Positions 27,861 through 36,150 of a stretch of 61,691 nucleotides of DNA are shown here, piece after piece. The notes beneath the pieces are model-generated. The model did no database searches. It was not told the DNA's origin and was given only the letters and a program-made list of their open reading frames with translations. The stretch lies in sequence record DRR723986_4096; one strand, written 5' to 3'. Made by a program: the position numbers and the translations under genes. How positions within the stretch are numbered: position 1 is the stretch's first letter; each line of letters begins with the position of its first letter.

Positions 27861-30407
27861 ATGGAAACTCGATTGGAACAGACCTTGTCATGGCGGTCGG
27901 CCTTTCAATGCACACTTCGCCTGGTGACCCTCTGCGGCGTGCTGATCACGGTGTCGCAGCTAATCAGAGGGCAGTCCGAGCCCACATTCCGGGATACAAC
28001 GAATCCAAAGTTGGATTCTATCGGTGACCGCTTGCCAGAGAACGCAGTAATGCGTCTGGGAACCCACCGCTTCCAAAATCCAACATCACTGACAGACATG
28101 GTGCTCTCGCCAGATCAACGTTTTGTGATCACCGCGGATCGGGAGCAGGTGATTTGCTGGGAAGCGGCCACTGGCGCTCAACTATGGAAAAGGCAGTGGA
28201 ATGTTCGGATATCGACTTCGTACGGCCAGCATCCGATCGCTTTTGCAGGACAGGATTCTGAGCACTTCTACACGCCTGGCGACGGCAATTCCATTCGGAA
28301 GTGGCACGCCCAGACCGGAACGCACTCGATCATCAAGCTTGCTGCCGGTCTGGATTTGAACATTTTCTTTGCCCAAGGCCAGGTGGCGGACCCGAACCGA
28401 TCGATTGATGTTTCCGCGGATAAACAGAAGTTTCTCGTCGGGAGCGGTCGAGGCGTCGCGCTTTACAACGCTGACGGAAAACTGCAATGGAATTCAGCCA
28501 ACAACCCGAAGACGAAGGGTGACCTTGAGGCTGTTCGCCGCGACCGTTTGTTTTTCGGCGGTGATTTTGCGATGGGGATTTTCAGTCCTGATGAATCAAT
28601 GATTGCAGTGACGAAAAGTGAGGCACCTGACCGGATTGAATTTCTTGGGCCAGACGACGGTAAGCCTGTGTCGACAATCGAGCTTTCGACCAATGTTGTC
28701 CGCATGGCGTTCGCGCCGGACGGAAAACATCTTTATGCAACTGGGCGGGATTGCAGCGTCCGTTGCTACAACATCGAAACGGGGGAAGCAGTTTGGACGC
28801 TACCATTGGAGAGTGATCCCAAAGGTGCCGAAAGCTACGCGTGCGGAATTGCCTGTAGCCCCGACGGTGGGATGATCGCTGCATGCGTGCCGATTGGGTC
28901 CAAGTACTGGATCTACCTATTGAGTGCGGACTCTGGCGAAGAGATTCACATTTTGAAGGGAGGTATGTGGAAGCCTTGGGCTGTTCAGTTTACCGGCGAC
29001 AGTAAAACAGTCTTTTCCACCGGATGGGACGGTGCGATCCGTCGTTGGGATGTAAAGTCTGGGAAAGAACTAGCTTTGCCTGTGGGCGTGCGTGGTTCGG
29101 ACTGCATAACCATTTCAGCAGATGGCTTGCTAACGGCGTTCTGCGATGGAGCAGGACAAACACGCGTGCTGGAGACAGTCAGTGGCCAGCAACTGGCGCT
29201 GCTTGAGGGCGACGGTGGAGTGACGGCCCTTGAGTTTTCGCCCGATTCCAAACTAGTCTACGCGGGTTCCGCGACAGATGATGACCTGCACATTCGCGTT
29301 TGGGACTTCCGCCAAGATGAAGTCTTGCATGAGCTCACTTGGCCAAAGGGCAGAGACCCACACTCGAGCGTGGAGGAGATTTCAGCGGACAAGGCCGGTA
29401 AGTTCTTCGCCGCCGCCGTTTTCCGGCAGAGCAAAGCATACATCTGGGATGCGCGGACTGGAAAGCAAGTTGCTGAGTGCCCGCATCGAAGTGTATACGG
29501 CCTTTCCTTGTCACCTGATGGCGAGACGCTAGCGACAGCAGGCTGGGATCGCATGATCCGATTGTGGGATACGGAGTCAGGTGAGAGAGTGTCCGAGACC
29601 CAGGTTACTGATGAGCTCTTTGGCGGGGATCGTCAGTTCGGGCGGTTGGATCTGAGAATGTACACCGTGGAATTCTCCCCAAATGGCAATCAACTCGCTG
29701 TTTGTCCGATGAGCGCGCCGATCTCGGTTTGGTCGCTCGACAAGGACCGAGCTTTGTCAATGGACAGGTCGTTTTCGATGGCCGGCCACACCTTTGGCGC
29801 GATGGATTGGTCCGCTTCAGGTGCATGGATTGTTTCGGGGAGCAATTCGGGGAAAGTCCGTTTGTTCGACGCACAGACTGGCGATTTGATGTTGAACGTT
29901 GGCTCCCATACCGATCACGCTTTCACGGTCAGGTTTGGCGGTGAACGATTGATTGCCAGCGGGGGTGGCGGGGTATCCTATGTGTGGGATATCAGCACAG
30001 CGGAGAATCTTCCGGATGCGCCAAATGAATTATGGGATCAGCTTCGATCGTCACATTCTGCATCACCCGCGGACCAGCAAGAGGTAACTGAGGAAGATGC
30101 TTTTCGGGCGATCTATGCACTGGCAGCCAACGACGCAGGCGTCGAGTACGTTGTGGCCCGACTTGAGAAGCTCGAGTCCGTCGTTGATCCGGCAAAGCTG
30201 AGGGAGAAGCAGCGAACTGGGGCGCTCGGCGAAGTCATGCGACGGAAGGCCAAGTCGGATGATACATTCGATTTCTTCAATGTCGCGCATCGAGCCGTTA
30301 CTGCACTGAAACTGGCCAAATCGGATCAGGCAAGGCGTGCGCTCGAGACATTCGCCACTTCCCATGCCAGTGATGTCGTTCGTCAACTGGCCGCAGAATC
30401 ACTTTGA
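27861..30407 (+). CDS. WD40-repeat (multi-propeller) protein with helical C-terminus
   Basis: AGGAG RBS; many repeats such as 'LSPDGETLATAGWDRMIRLWD'; lead-in 'DSIGDRLPENAVMRLGTHRF'. Confidence 0.92.
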   Translation: METRLEQTLSWRSAFQCTLRLVTLCGVLITVSQLIRGQSEPTFRDTTNPKLDSIGDRLPENAVMRLGTHRFQNPTSLTDMVLSPDQRFVITADREQVICWEAATGAQLWKRQWNVRISTSYGQHPIAFAGQDSEHFYTPGDGNSIRKWHAQTGTHSIIKLAAGLDLNIFFAQGQVADPNRSIDVSADKQKFLVGSGRGVALYNADGKLQWNSANNPKTKGDLEAVRRDRLFFGGDFAMGIFSPDESMIAVTKSEAPDRIEFLGPDDGKPVSTIELSTNVVRMAFAPDGKHLYATGRDCSVRCYNIETGEAVWTLPLESDPKGAESYACGIACSPDGGMIAACVPIGSKYWIYLLSADSGEEIHILKGGMWKPWAVQFTGDSKTVFSTGWDGAIRRWDVKSGKELALPVGVRGSDCITISADGLLTAFCDGAGQTRVLETVSGQQLALLEGDGGVTALEFSPDSKLVYAGSATDDDLHIRVWDFRQDEVLHELTWPKGRDPHSSVEEISADKAGKFFAAAVFRQSKAYIWDARTGKQVAECPHRSVYGLSLSPDGETLATAGWDRMIRLWDTESGERVSETQVTDELFGGDRQFGRLDLRMYTVEFSPNGNQLAVCPMSAPISVWSLDKDRALSMDRSFSMAGHTFGAMDWSASGAWIVSGSNSGKVRLFDAQTGDLMLNVGSHTDHAFTVRFGGERLIASGGGGVSYVWDISTAENLPDAPNELWDQLRSSHSASPADQQEVTEEDAFRAIYALAANDAGVEYVVARLEKLESVVDPAKLREKQRTGALGEVMRRKAKSDDTFDFFNVAHRAVTALKLAKSDQARRALETFATSHASDVVRQLAAESL

Positions 30408-30488
30408 TCGGGGCAGCTTTGCTGCGCGGCTGAGACACTGCCTGCACGTCGCTTATCGTTGCTCTATTCCTGGCAGGGCTAACGGGCA

Positions 30489-31235
30489 CTATCCAGGGGC
30501 ATTCCTGGGGGCAGCCGCTTCTGCGGACGGTTGGACTTCGGCTGGCCAGAGCAGTTCGCCGAATTGATCAATGCCCCACCGAAACGGCAGCAAGATATCG
30601 CTCAACCATTGCGAAACGCCCGCATCGCTATCGTAAGAGTAAGAAACGAGCAGGCCGACCACGGCTAAGTTTGCCGCTGGTAGGAACATCCAGCAGAAGG
30701 TGGTCCCCAGGCGGTGCAGGTCGGACTGGTCGCGATGCGTTTCCTTGATGGTGCTCACGATGTGATAGCCGAGCGCTACGCCCAGCAAGAAGGACTGCCA
30801 TGGCAGACCTGGGAAGGGAAGTAGGTACGCCAGTAAGAACAGAATAAGTGCCGCTGTGGGAAAGAAATACGGCGCAACGTATATCAACCAGTTGCCTCGT
30901 CCAGTAAATCGAACTTCACCGCCTCGGCCAACCGATGCGCGGAAGCCGACGATTCGCTGCCACGACAATAGTGCGAATAGGGCGTGTGTGGACTCGTGTT
31001 CCAAGGTGAGCAGGAACCGGCCCGCGCGGCTCGCCCCGAGCTGTCGTCTCCACCAAATGACGAACACGGACGCTCCGATTCCGAAGGGCAACATCGACGC
31101 AGAGGGGGCCGAAATCAGTCGCCATGCCAGCAGTAGAAGCGAAAACGTCAATGGCAGGGCGAGCGCGCACGAAAGGAAAGCCGCAGGCCACTTCAGGGCA
31201 TTGATTACTTTCTCGATTCGGTTGGGCAAGCTCAT
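30489..31235 (-). CDS. M50 family membrane metallopeptidase
   Basis: 'LEHESTHALFALL' (HExxH), 'NWLIYVAPYFFP', 'QSDL'; several TM segments. Confidence 0.8.
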   Translation of the reverse strand: MSLPNRIEKVINALKWPAAFLSCALALPLTFSLLLLAWRLISAPSASMLPFGIGASVFVIWWRRQLGASRAGRFLLTLEHESTHALFALLSWQRIVGFRASVGRGGEVRFTGRGNWLIYVAPYFFPTAALILFLLAYLLPFPGLPWQSFLLGVALGYHIVSTIKETHRDQSDLHRLGTTFCWMFLPAANLAVVGLLVSYSYDSDAGVSQWLSDILLPFRWGIDQFGELLWPAEVQPSAEAAAPRNAPG

Positions 31236-31710
31236 GCGATGCGTTTGATGCGGCTGGGTTGGTGGATTATGCGACTAAGGCGATGCGGTATTCCGCGGCT
31301 GGGGTGTGTTATGGGGAACCTAACGCGCACAAGATGCAAGTCGTCGCAATTTTAAACTGTAAAGTCTCCGAGCGACGGAGGTCAACGCGCAGTTGTCGAG
31401 CTATAGTTGCATCAGGCTGCCAACTTTTCGAGCATCGTATTGAGCGAATTCGAAGCAGGCGGTGGCGTGATTCAGAGTTTCAGATTTTCGATAGATCATT
31501 TGCTTCAGACTCTCACCGGAGTCGACCGAAGAATTTGCTGTTCGTTAATTTGTTCCACTGGGCCTAGTTTATTGGCTGGGCGAGCACCGTTAATCGCAAA
31601 TTTTGGCGAGCCGGCGCTCAAGGTCCAATACCGCTCTGGCGGCGTTCTCGAAGTCACTATACAGAATGACAATAAGAGACCGCTGATTGGCTGGCGCGGA
31701 ATGACCAAAC

Positions 31711-31726
31711 TGGCATGGCATTCGCA
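31711..31726 (+). promoter_or_regulatory. Candidate sigma54 (-24/-12) promoter
   Basis: TGGCATGGCATTCGCA has exact GG-N10-GC spacing and matches TGGCACG-N4-TTGC at all but two defined positions. Confidence 0.55.
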
Positions 31727-31829
31727 CTGTAGTTGAATCCATAGTAGCAGCGAGTGGTTTCGCGAGCCGGCACACGGATGTCGACGCACCAATTACCACT
31801 AAAACGGCTTTCAAAAGGGAAATCTTCCG

Positions 31830-31949
31830 ATGGCAACCGAATCGAAACGCACCGTGTTCACTATCCGAACTGTACATGGTGACGTCATGACTGTCTCGCC
31901 GGAAATGATCGAGCGTTGGGCTCGCTTCCGCCGCCAGGCTGGTCACTAG
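31830..31949 (+). CDS. Candidate small protein, 39 aa (MATESKRTVFTIRTVHGDVMTVSPEMIERWARFRRQAGH)
   Basis: AAAGGGA upstream; lies between the sigma54-like promoter and hairpins at 31971-32048; below the ORF-track size cutoff. Confidence 0.5.
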   Translation: MATESKRTVFTIRTVHGDVMTVSPEMIERWARFRRQAGH

Positions 31950-31970
31950 TCGTAGGAAAGCCACCTCACA

Positions 31971-32048
31971 GGAGCGTAGCGCAGGCTCTTGTCAGCTACG
32001 CTCCGGCATACCACCAGATACTCGGGCGAGTTCGAAAGACCGCCCTTT
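31971..32048 (+). terminator. Tandem hairpins, possible terminator or 3' stabiliser
   Basis: ggagcgtagc/gctacgctcc perfect 10-bp stem, then gggcg..gaaa..cgccc-ttt. Confidence 0.45.
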
Positions 32049-32512
32049 CAACCGGCCGTCTTTCTTTGTTCGGCTAAGCTGCCGTGATCTTGGCGCGCAG
32101 GCGTCAGACAGCGCGGAAATCGTCCACGCTGGTTGATCAACGACCAGGTGCGGCGTCTGTTTGCCGCAGTCCCGACGATCGAGTGCCTTCGTTCATCGCC
32201 CGCTCTGCTTACTGCCAGCATTTAGTGATGCCAGCATTGTCGACTTTGGTCTCGCTGCGGCATCGTGCGAAAGAGCGAGGCAATTACGAGGTGCCGCGGG
32301 CATCTATCTGCAATCAACTCGTAACCGATGTGGTTGAAGAGGCAATGGCAAACTGCAACACGACATCGTCCGGCACCGCCGCGATGATACTCCGCCGGAG
32401 CTTCAAGCCAGCCGGGGCTTTTATTCACCTAGAGCTTTAGAGAACGGGCGGTTTGAGATTGGCAAACAGGTTCTTGGCCGCGCGCACTTCGCTGCGGCAT
32501 TGGCACGAATGA

Positions 32513-32541
32513 AGGGCGATCTGCCGAAACAGATACGCCCT
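32513..32541 (-). terminator. Hairpin downstream of cheX
   Basis: agggcgatctg-ccgaaa-cagatacgccct; U-tract is weak. Confidence 0.4.
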
Positions 32542-32588
32542 AATGATTGAACAACTGCTTGTGTCGAAGCCTACGTTCGTTTCGCTGG

Positions 32589-33053
32589 TTAAGCAGAAAC
32601 GGGTTCCGCAGCCCCTGCGATCTGAGATACAACGACGTGGAATGGTTCGCCAGCGCTCAGCATGGGGACTTGGCAGACAACTGTGGTCCCATGCAAACGG
32701 AAGTCGAACTCCTTGCCAATCGCAACCGACGGCAAGCTGAGGTAGCTTGGCCCGGGCAGAATGCTCTTGACGTTACCGCCGATCATGTTGGCCAGCTCGG
32801 CCATGGCGTCTTGGCGGTCTTCCGGCTGTACCTCTTCTTTGGGAAGGGCCAGCAGATTGGAGGCTGCCTGCGTTGCGAAATCCATCGTCGTTCGCAACAG
32901 GACTGCACCCGTCCACTCGCCGCTGATTTGCACGCATCCGGTAACTTGGTCGTGTTCTGGTAGGTCAACAAGGCTGGTTCCGGATACATCGAATTGCATC
33001 ATGGTACCGAGTACGTTTTCACTTATCGAGACGATATCTTCTGTCAGAGGCAT
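32589..33053 (-). CDS. cheX: Chemotaxis phosphatase CheX
   Basis: 'VTGCVQISGEWTGAVLL', 'DAMAELANMIGGNVK', 'LSLPSV'. Confidence 0.92.
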   Translation of the reverse strand: MPLTEDIVSISENVLGTMMQFDVSGTSLVDLPEHDQVTGCVQISGEWTGAVLLRTTMDFATQAASNLLALPKEEVQPEDRQDAMAELANMIGGNVKSILPGPSYLSLPSVAIGKEFDFRLHGTTVVCQVPMLSAGEPFHVVVSQIAGAAEPVSA

Positions 33054-33116
33054 GGCTTGGCCCTTTTCGTAATTCATCTGTGGTTTGAGAATAGTTTGCA
33101 GCGGCAAGCGTTGGGC

Positions 33117-33956
33117 TTACTGCGGGCGGTAGCACACGGCTTTGCCGATCTGCTCACGGTCAAATTTGACCTTCATGTTCATGATCGATTCACCACCACC
33201 AAGGAACAGGCAGCCATCCTTGCGGATGTGGTTGTGGCATCGATCAAGGATTGCCTCTTTCGTGTCGACCGAGAAGTAGATCAACACGTTGCGAAGGAAG
33301 ATGATGTCCATTTTCGGAAGAGATACTGGAAATGGGTCAACTAGGTTTAGTTGACGGAACTCAACCATGTCCAGGATTTCTTGCTTCAACTTCCAATTGA
33401 TGCCGTCGCGCTCAAAGTACTTAAGCAGCAGTTGCATCGGTAGTCCGCGGTTAACCTCCGTCTGATTGAACGTTCCCTTGCGGGCTCGGTCTAGGATCTG
33501 GGTATCCAGGTCACTGCCGGTGAGACGAATCTTCCATCCCTTAAGCTCGGGGAAGTTTTCCCGAATCAGCATCGCGATGGTGTAAACCTCTTGCCCGCTT
33601 GAGCAAGCGTTGGACCAAATGTTGAGCTCTCGCTCGGTCGCACGCTTCTTGATCAACTCAGGGATGATGGTGGATTTCATCGCTTCAAAAGGATGAATAT
33701 CGCGGAAGAAGCTGGTCTCGTTGGTTGTCATCGCTTCGACAACTTCCTGCTTGAGCGCCAGGGATCCTGGTTGTCTCAGAGCAGCGACGAGATCAGCCAA
33801 CGCCTTGTAACCATGCGTTCGCAAGATCGGCGCCAGTCGACTTTCGACCAAGTAGGCCTTTTGAGCATCGAGCACGATTGCGGAACTCTCGAGAACCATC
33901 TTGCTGATGTACTCAAAAGCCTGATCGGCCGATGCGGTTGCAGTTGCTAGTGTCAT
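33117..33956 (-). CDS. cheR: Chemotaxis methyltransferase CheR
   Basis: 'MTTNETSFFRD', 'IWSNACSSGQEVYTIAM', 'DIIFLRNVLIYF', 'LFLGGGES'. Confidence 0.98.
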   Translation of the reverse strand: MTLATATASADQAFEYISKMVLESSAIVLDAQKAYLVESRLAPILRTHGYKALADLVAALRQPGSLALKQEVVEAMTTNETSFFRDIHPFEAMKSTIIPELIKKRATERELNIWSNACSSGQEVYTIAMLIRENFPELKGWKIRLTGSDLDTQILDRARKGTFNQTEVNRGLPMQLLLKYFERDGINWKLKQEILDMVEFRQLNLVDPFPVSLPKMDIIFLRNVLIYFSVDTKEAILDRCHNHIRKDGCLFLGGGESIMNMKVKFDREQIGKAVCYRPQ

Positions 33957-33958
33957 CG

Positions 33959-35053
33959 TTACCTTCCTACCCCCTGCAGGATCTTTGATTTTTTGTCCGA
34001 CGCGGTTTGGCGGATTAGCTCTGGTGCGATGTCATCCAAAGGAAGTTCTACACCAGCCAAGCCAGCTTGCACTACTGCGCCGGGCATGCCCCATACCACG
34101 GAAGTAGCTTTGTCTTGTGCGATGATTCGGCCGCCGCGTTTTGCGATTGCTTCACATCCAAGTGCACCGTCTCGGCCCATGCCCGTCAGGACGGTTGCCA
34201 GGACGTTGTCGCCGTACATGTCTGCTACGTTCCGGAAGAGAGGATCGACAGCAGGACGGCACGAATTCTCGGGTAGGTTCTGATTGAGTTTGACCACTAC
34301 ATCGACGCCGCTGCGCTGCAACTCCATGTGGTAGTCACCTGGAGCGATGAGCGCCAGTCCCGGTTCAATGCGATCCCCCTCTTGAGCCTCACGGACCTCA
34401 ATGGCCGATTCGTCATTGAGTCGGTCGGCAAGGTGTTTGGTGAAGATCGGAGGCATGTGTTGCACGATGACGATCGGTACAGGAAAGTCCTTTGGCAGTG
34501 ATGGCAATACACGCGACAACGCATTTGGCCCGCCCGTCGAAACACCGATCGCAACCAGGTCAATTCGACTGTCCGTACCCAGGCTCTTGGTTGGCTTAGG
34601 TGGAGCAAGTCGAGCCGCACTGGCAGCCGGAGGTGGCGTCAGTTGTGGGCAAAGCGCTTTGATCTTGGGTACTAGTTCATTCCGAACACTTTCCATCGCC
34701 GCCGTTACGCTGCCAACGTTCGCCGGCTTGGTAACATAATCGCTTGCACCACGATGCAGCGCGTCGAGTGTGGCTTCGGCGCCTTGCTGTGTGAGCGTGC
34801 TGAACATGATGACTGGCAGATCCGGGTACCGCTTACGCAGTTCGGTCAAAGTCTCCAGCCCATCCATTTCCGGCATTTCCATATCGAGCGTCACAATGTC
34901 GGGGTTCACACCCTCGATTTTGTGAAGTGCGATTTTGCCGTTCGCCGCTTTTCCTGCTACTTCGATTGACGAGTCTTCCGCAATCGTATCCGCAAGAATT
35001 CGGCGAATAACCATCGAATCATCGACGATCATTACCTTTATCTTACGGTTCAT
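33959..35053 (-). CDS. cheB: Chemotaxis response regulator methylesterase CheB
   Basis: Receiver 'IVDDS..LDMEMP..KP'; esterase 'GVSTGGP', 'VQHMP', 'RPAVD', 'LTGMGRDG'. Confidence 0.98.
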   Translation of the reverse strand: MNRKIKVMIVDDSMVIRRILADTIAEDSSIEVAGKAANGKIALHKIEGVNPDIVTLDMEMPEMDGLETLTELRKRYPDLPVIMFSTLTQQGAEATLDALHRGASDYVTKPANVGSVTAAMESVRNELVPKIKALCPQLTPPPAASAARLAPPKPTKSLGTDSRIDLVAIGVSTGGPNALSRVLPSLPKDFPVPIVIVQHMPPIFTKHLADRLNDESAIEVREAQEGDRIEPGLALIAPGDYHMELQRSGVDVVVKLNQNLPENSCRPAVDPLFRNVADMYGDNVLATVLTGMGRDGALGCEAIAKRGGRIIAQDKATSVVWGMPGAVVQAGLAGVELPLDDIAPELIRQTASDKKSKILQGVGR

Positions 35054-35424
35054 ACGTTGACTCCTACTCCGATTAGCTCAAGCTTCTCACGAATGGTTTC
35101 AGCACAGAATGGTTTCATGACGTACTCATTGACGCCAGCCATAAAGGCAAGGGCCATACGTTCCATTTCTGTTTCGGTGGTCACCATCATCAGCGGCAAC
35201 TCTTGGTATTCGGGTACAGCTCGAACCGCTTTGATGAAGTCGAGCCCGTTCATTTCGGGCATGTTCCAGTCAACTAGAACGACATCTGGTGTACCGAATT
35301 GCTTTAGGCGATCTAGGCCCTCCAGGCCATTTCCCGCCTCGATACACTCGAACCCGAGAGCTTTCATAAACTCTCCGATGATCCGTCGCGTTGCGCGAGA
35401 GTCGTCAATGATTAGAGCTTTCAT
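35050..35424 (-). CDS. cheY: Chemotaxis response regulator CheY
   Basis: 'LIIDDS', 'LVDWNMPEMNG', 'MMVTTE', 'EYVMKPF'; overlaps cheB by 4 nt. Confidence 0.95.
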   Translation of the reverse strand: MKALIIDDSRATRRIIGEFMKALGFECIEAGNGLEGLDRLKQFGTPDVVLVDWNMPEMNGLDFIKAVRAVPEYQELPLMMVTTETEMERMALAFMAGVNEYVMKPFCAETIREKLELIGVGVNV

Positions 35425-35537
35425 CCTATTACCTTCGTACTGAATCGGTTGCTGTTAGTGAGGCTGGTGTTAGGTTAGTGGTGCTTGGGAGTGTTCCGCA
35501 AGAATCCCGTTTGTAGTCGCGCGAGGTCGATCTACGG

Positions 35538-36044
35538 CTAAGTTAAACTTGTTGTTTGCTTTCCAGCTTCTCCGCTAGGAGCGGCTGAACCCAGTTTCCA
35601 AACGCAGATGCACCATGAGCCAACTAATGCACCGCAAACAGTTAGGACGATCGGCCAAGTCGGGTTTGAGAATCCGACGTACATGGCCGCAGAACTAATA
35701 CTCACACTGGTCCACATCGAGACCAGGGCCACCGCCTTCGTCCGGCGGGGCGCTTCTGCACACCGTTGCCCAAAGGTGAAGCAATGACGAAACCACTTGT
35801 GTTCTCGCAACCATGCCTCAAGTGGTGGATTGCCCTTCGCAAAACAAAACGCAGCCATCAGAACAGGTCCTGTGGTCGGAATGCCTGGGAGAAAAACTCC
35901 AAGCAATCCGATTCCCGTTAGGAGGAATCCAATTGCGGTTAAGGCAATCTTGGTTAGGTCCTGCCGACTTGCGTTGAGCTCGGCCTTGAAATCGTCGCTC
36001 AGGGGCTTGAGGTACTGAGATCGTTCGTTGGTTTGGGCATTCAC
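35538..36044 (-). CDS. ybaN: YbaN (DUF454) family inner membrane protein
   Basis: 'GIGLLGVFLPGIPTT.P.L.AAFCFAKG.P.LEAWLREH.WF', 'RRTKAVAL'. Confidence 0.85.
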   Translation of the reverse strand: MNAQTNERSQYLKPLSDDFKAELNASRQDLTKIALTAIGFLLTGIGLLGVFLPGIPTTGPVLMAAFCFAKGNPPLEAWLREHKWFRHCFTFGQRCAEAPRRTKAVALVSMWTSVSISSAAMYVGFSNPTWPIVLTVCGALVGSWCICVWKLGSAAPSGEAGKQTTSLT

Positions 36045-36107
36045 GGCACTACCTGTGGGGTCAGATGGCTGTCAGTGTGTTGTTTGGGGTGGTGATTCTG
36101 CGTTCAG

Positions 36108-36137
36108 AAGCCAGCCCACCGGATGATGGGCTGGCTT
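36108..36137 (-). terminator. 11-bp hairpin directly after the MCP stop (partial terminator or mRNA stabiliser)
   Basis: aagccagccca-N8-tgggctggctt. Confidence 0.6.
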
Positions 36138-36150
36138 ACATTTTCAAAGA

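Noticed and set aside
32225-32340. 'IVDFGLA' kinase-like motif in an intergenic frame
   Set aside because: The frame is short and closed with no other kinase motifs; likely chance.
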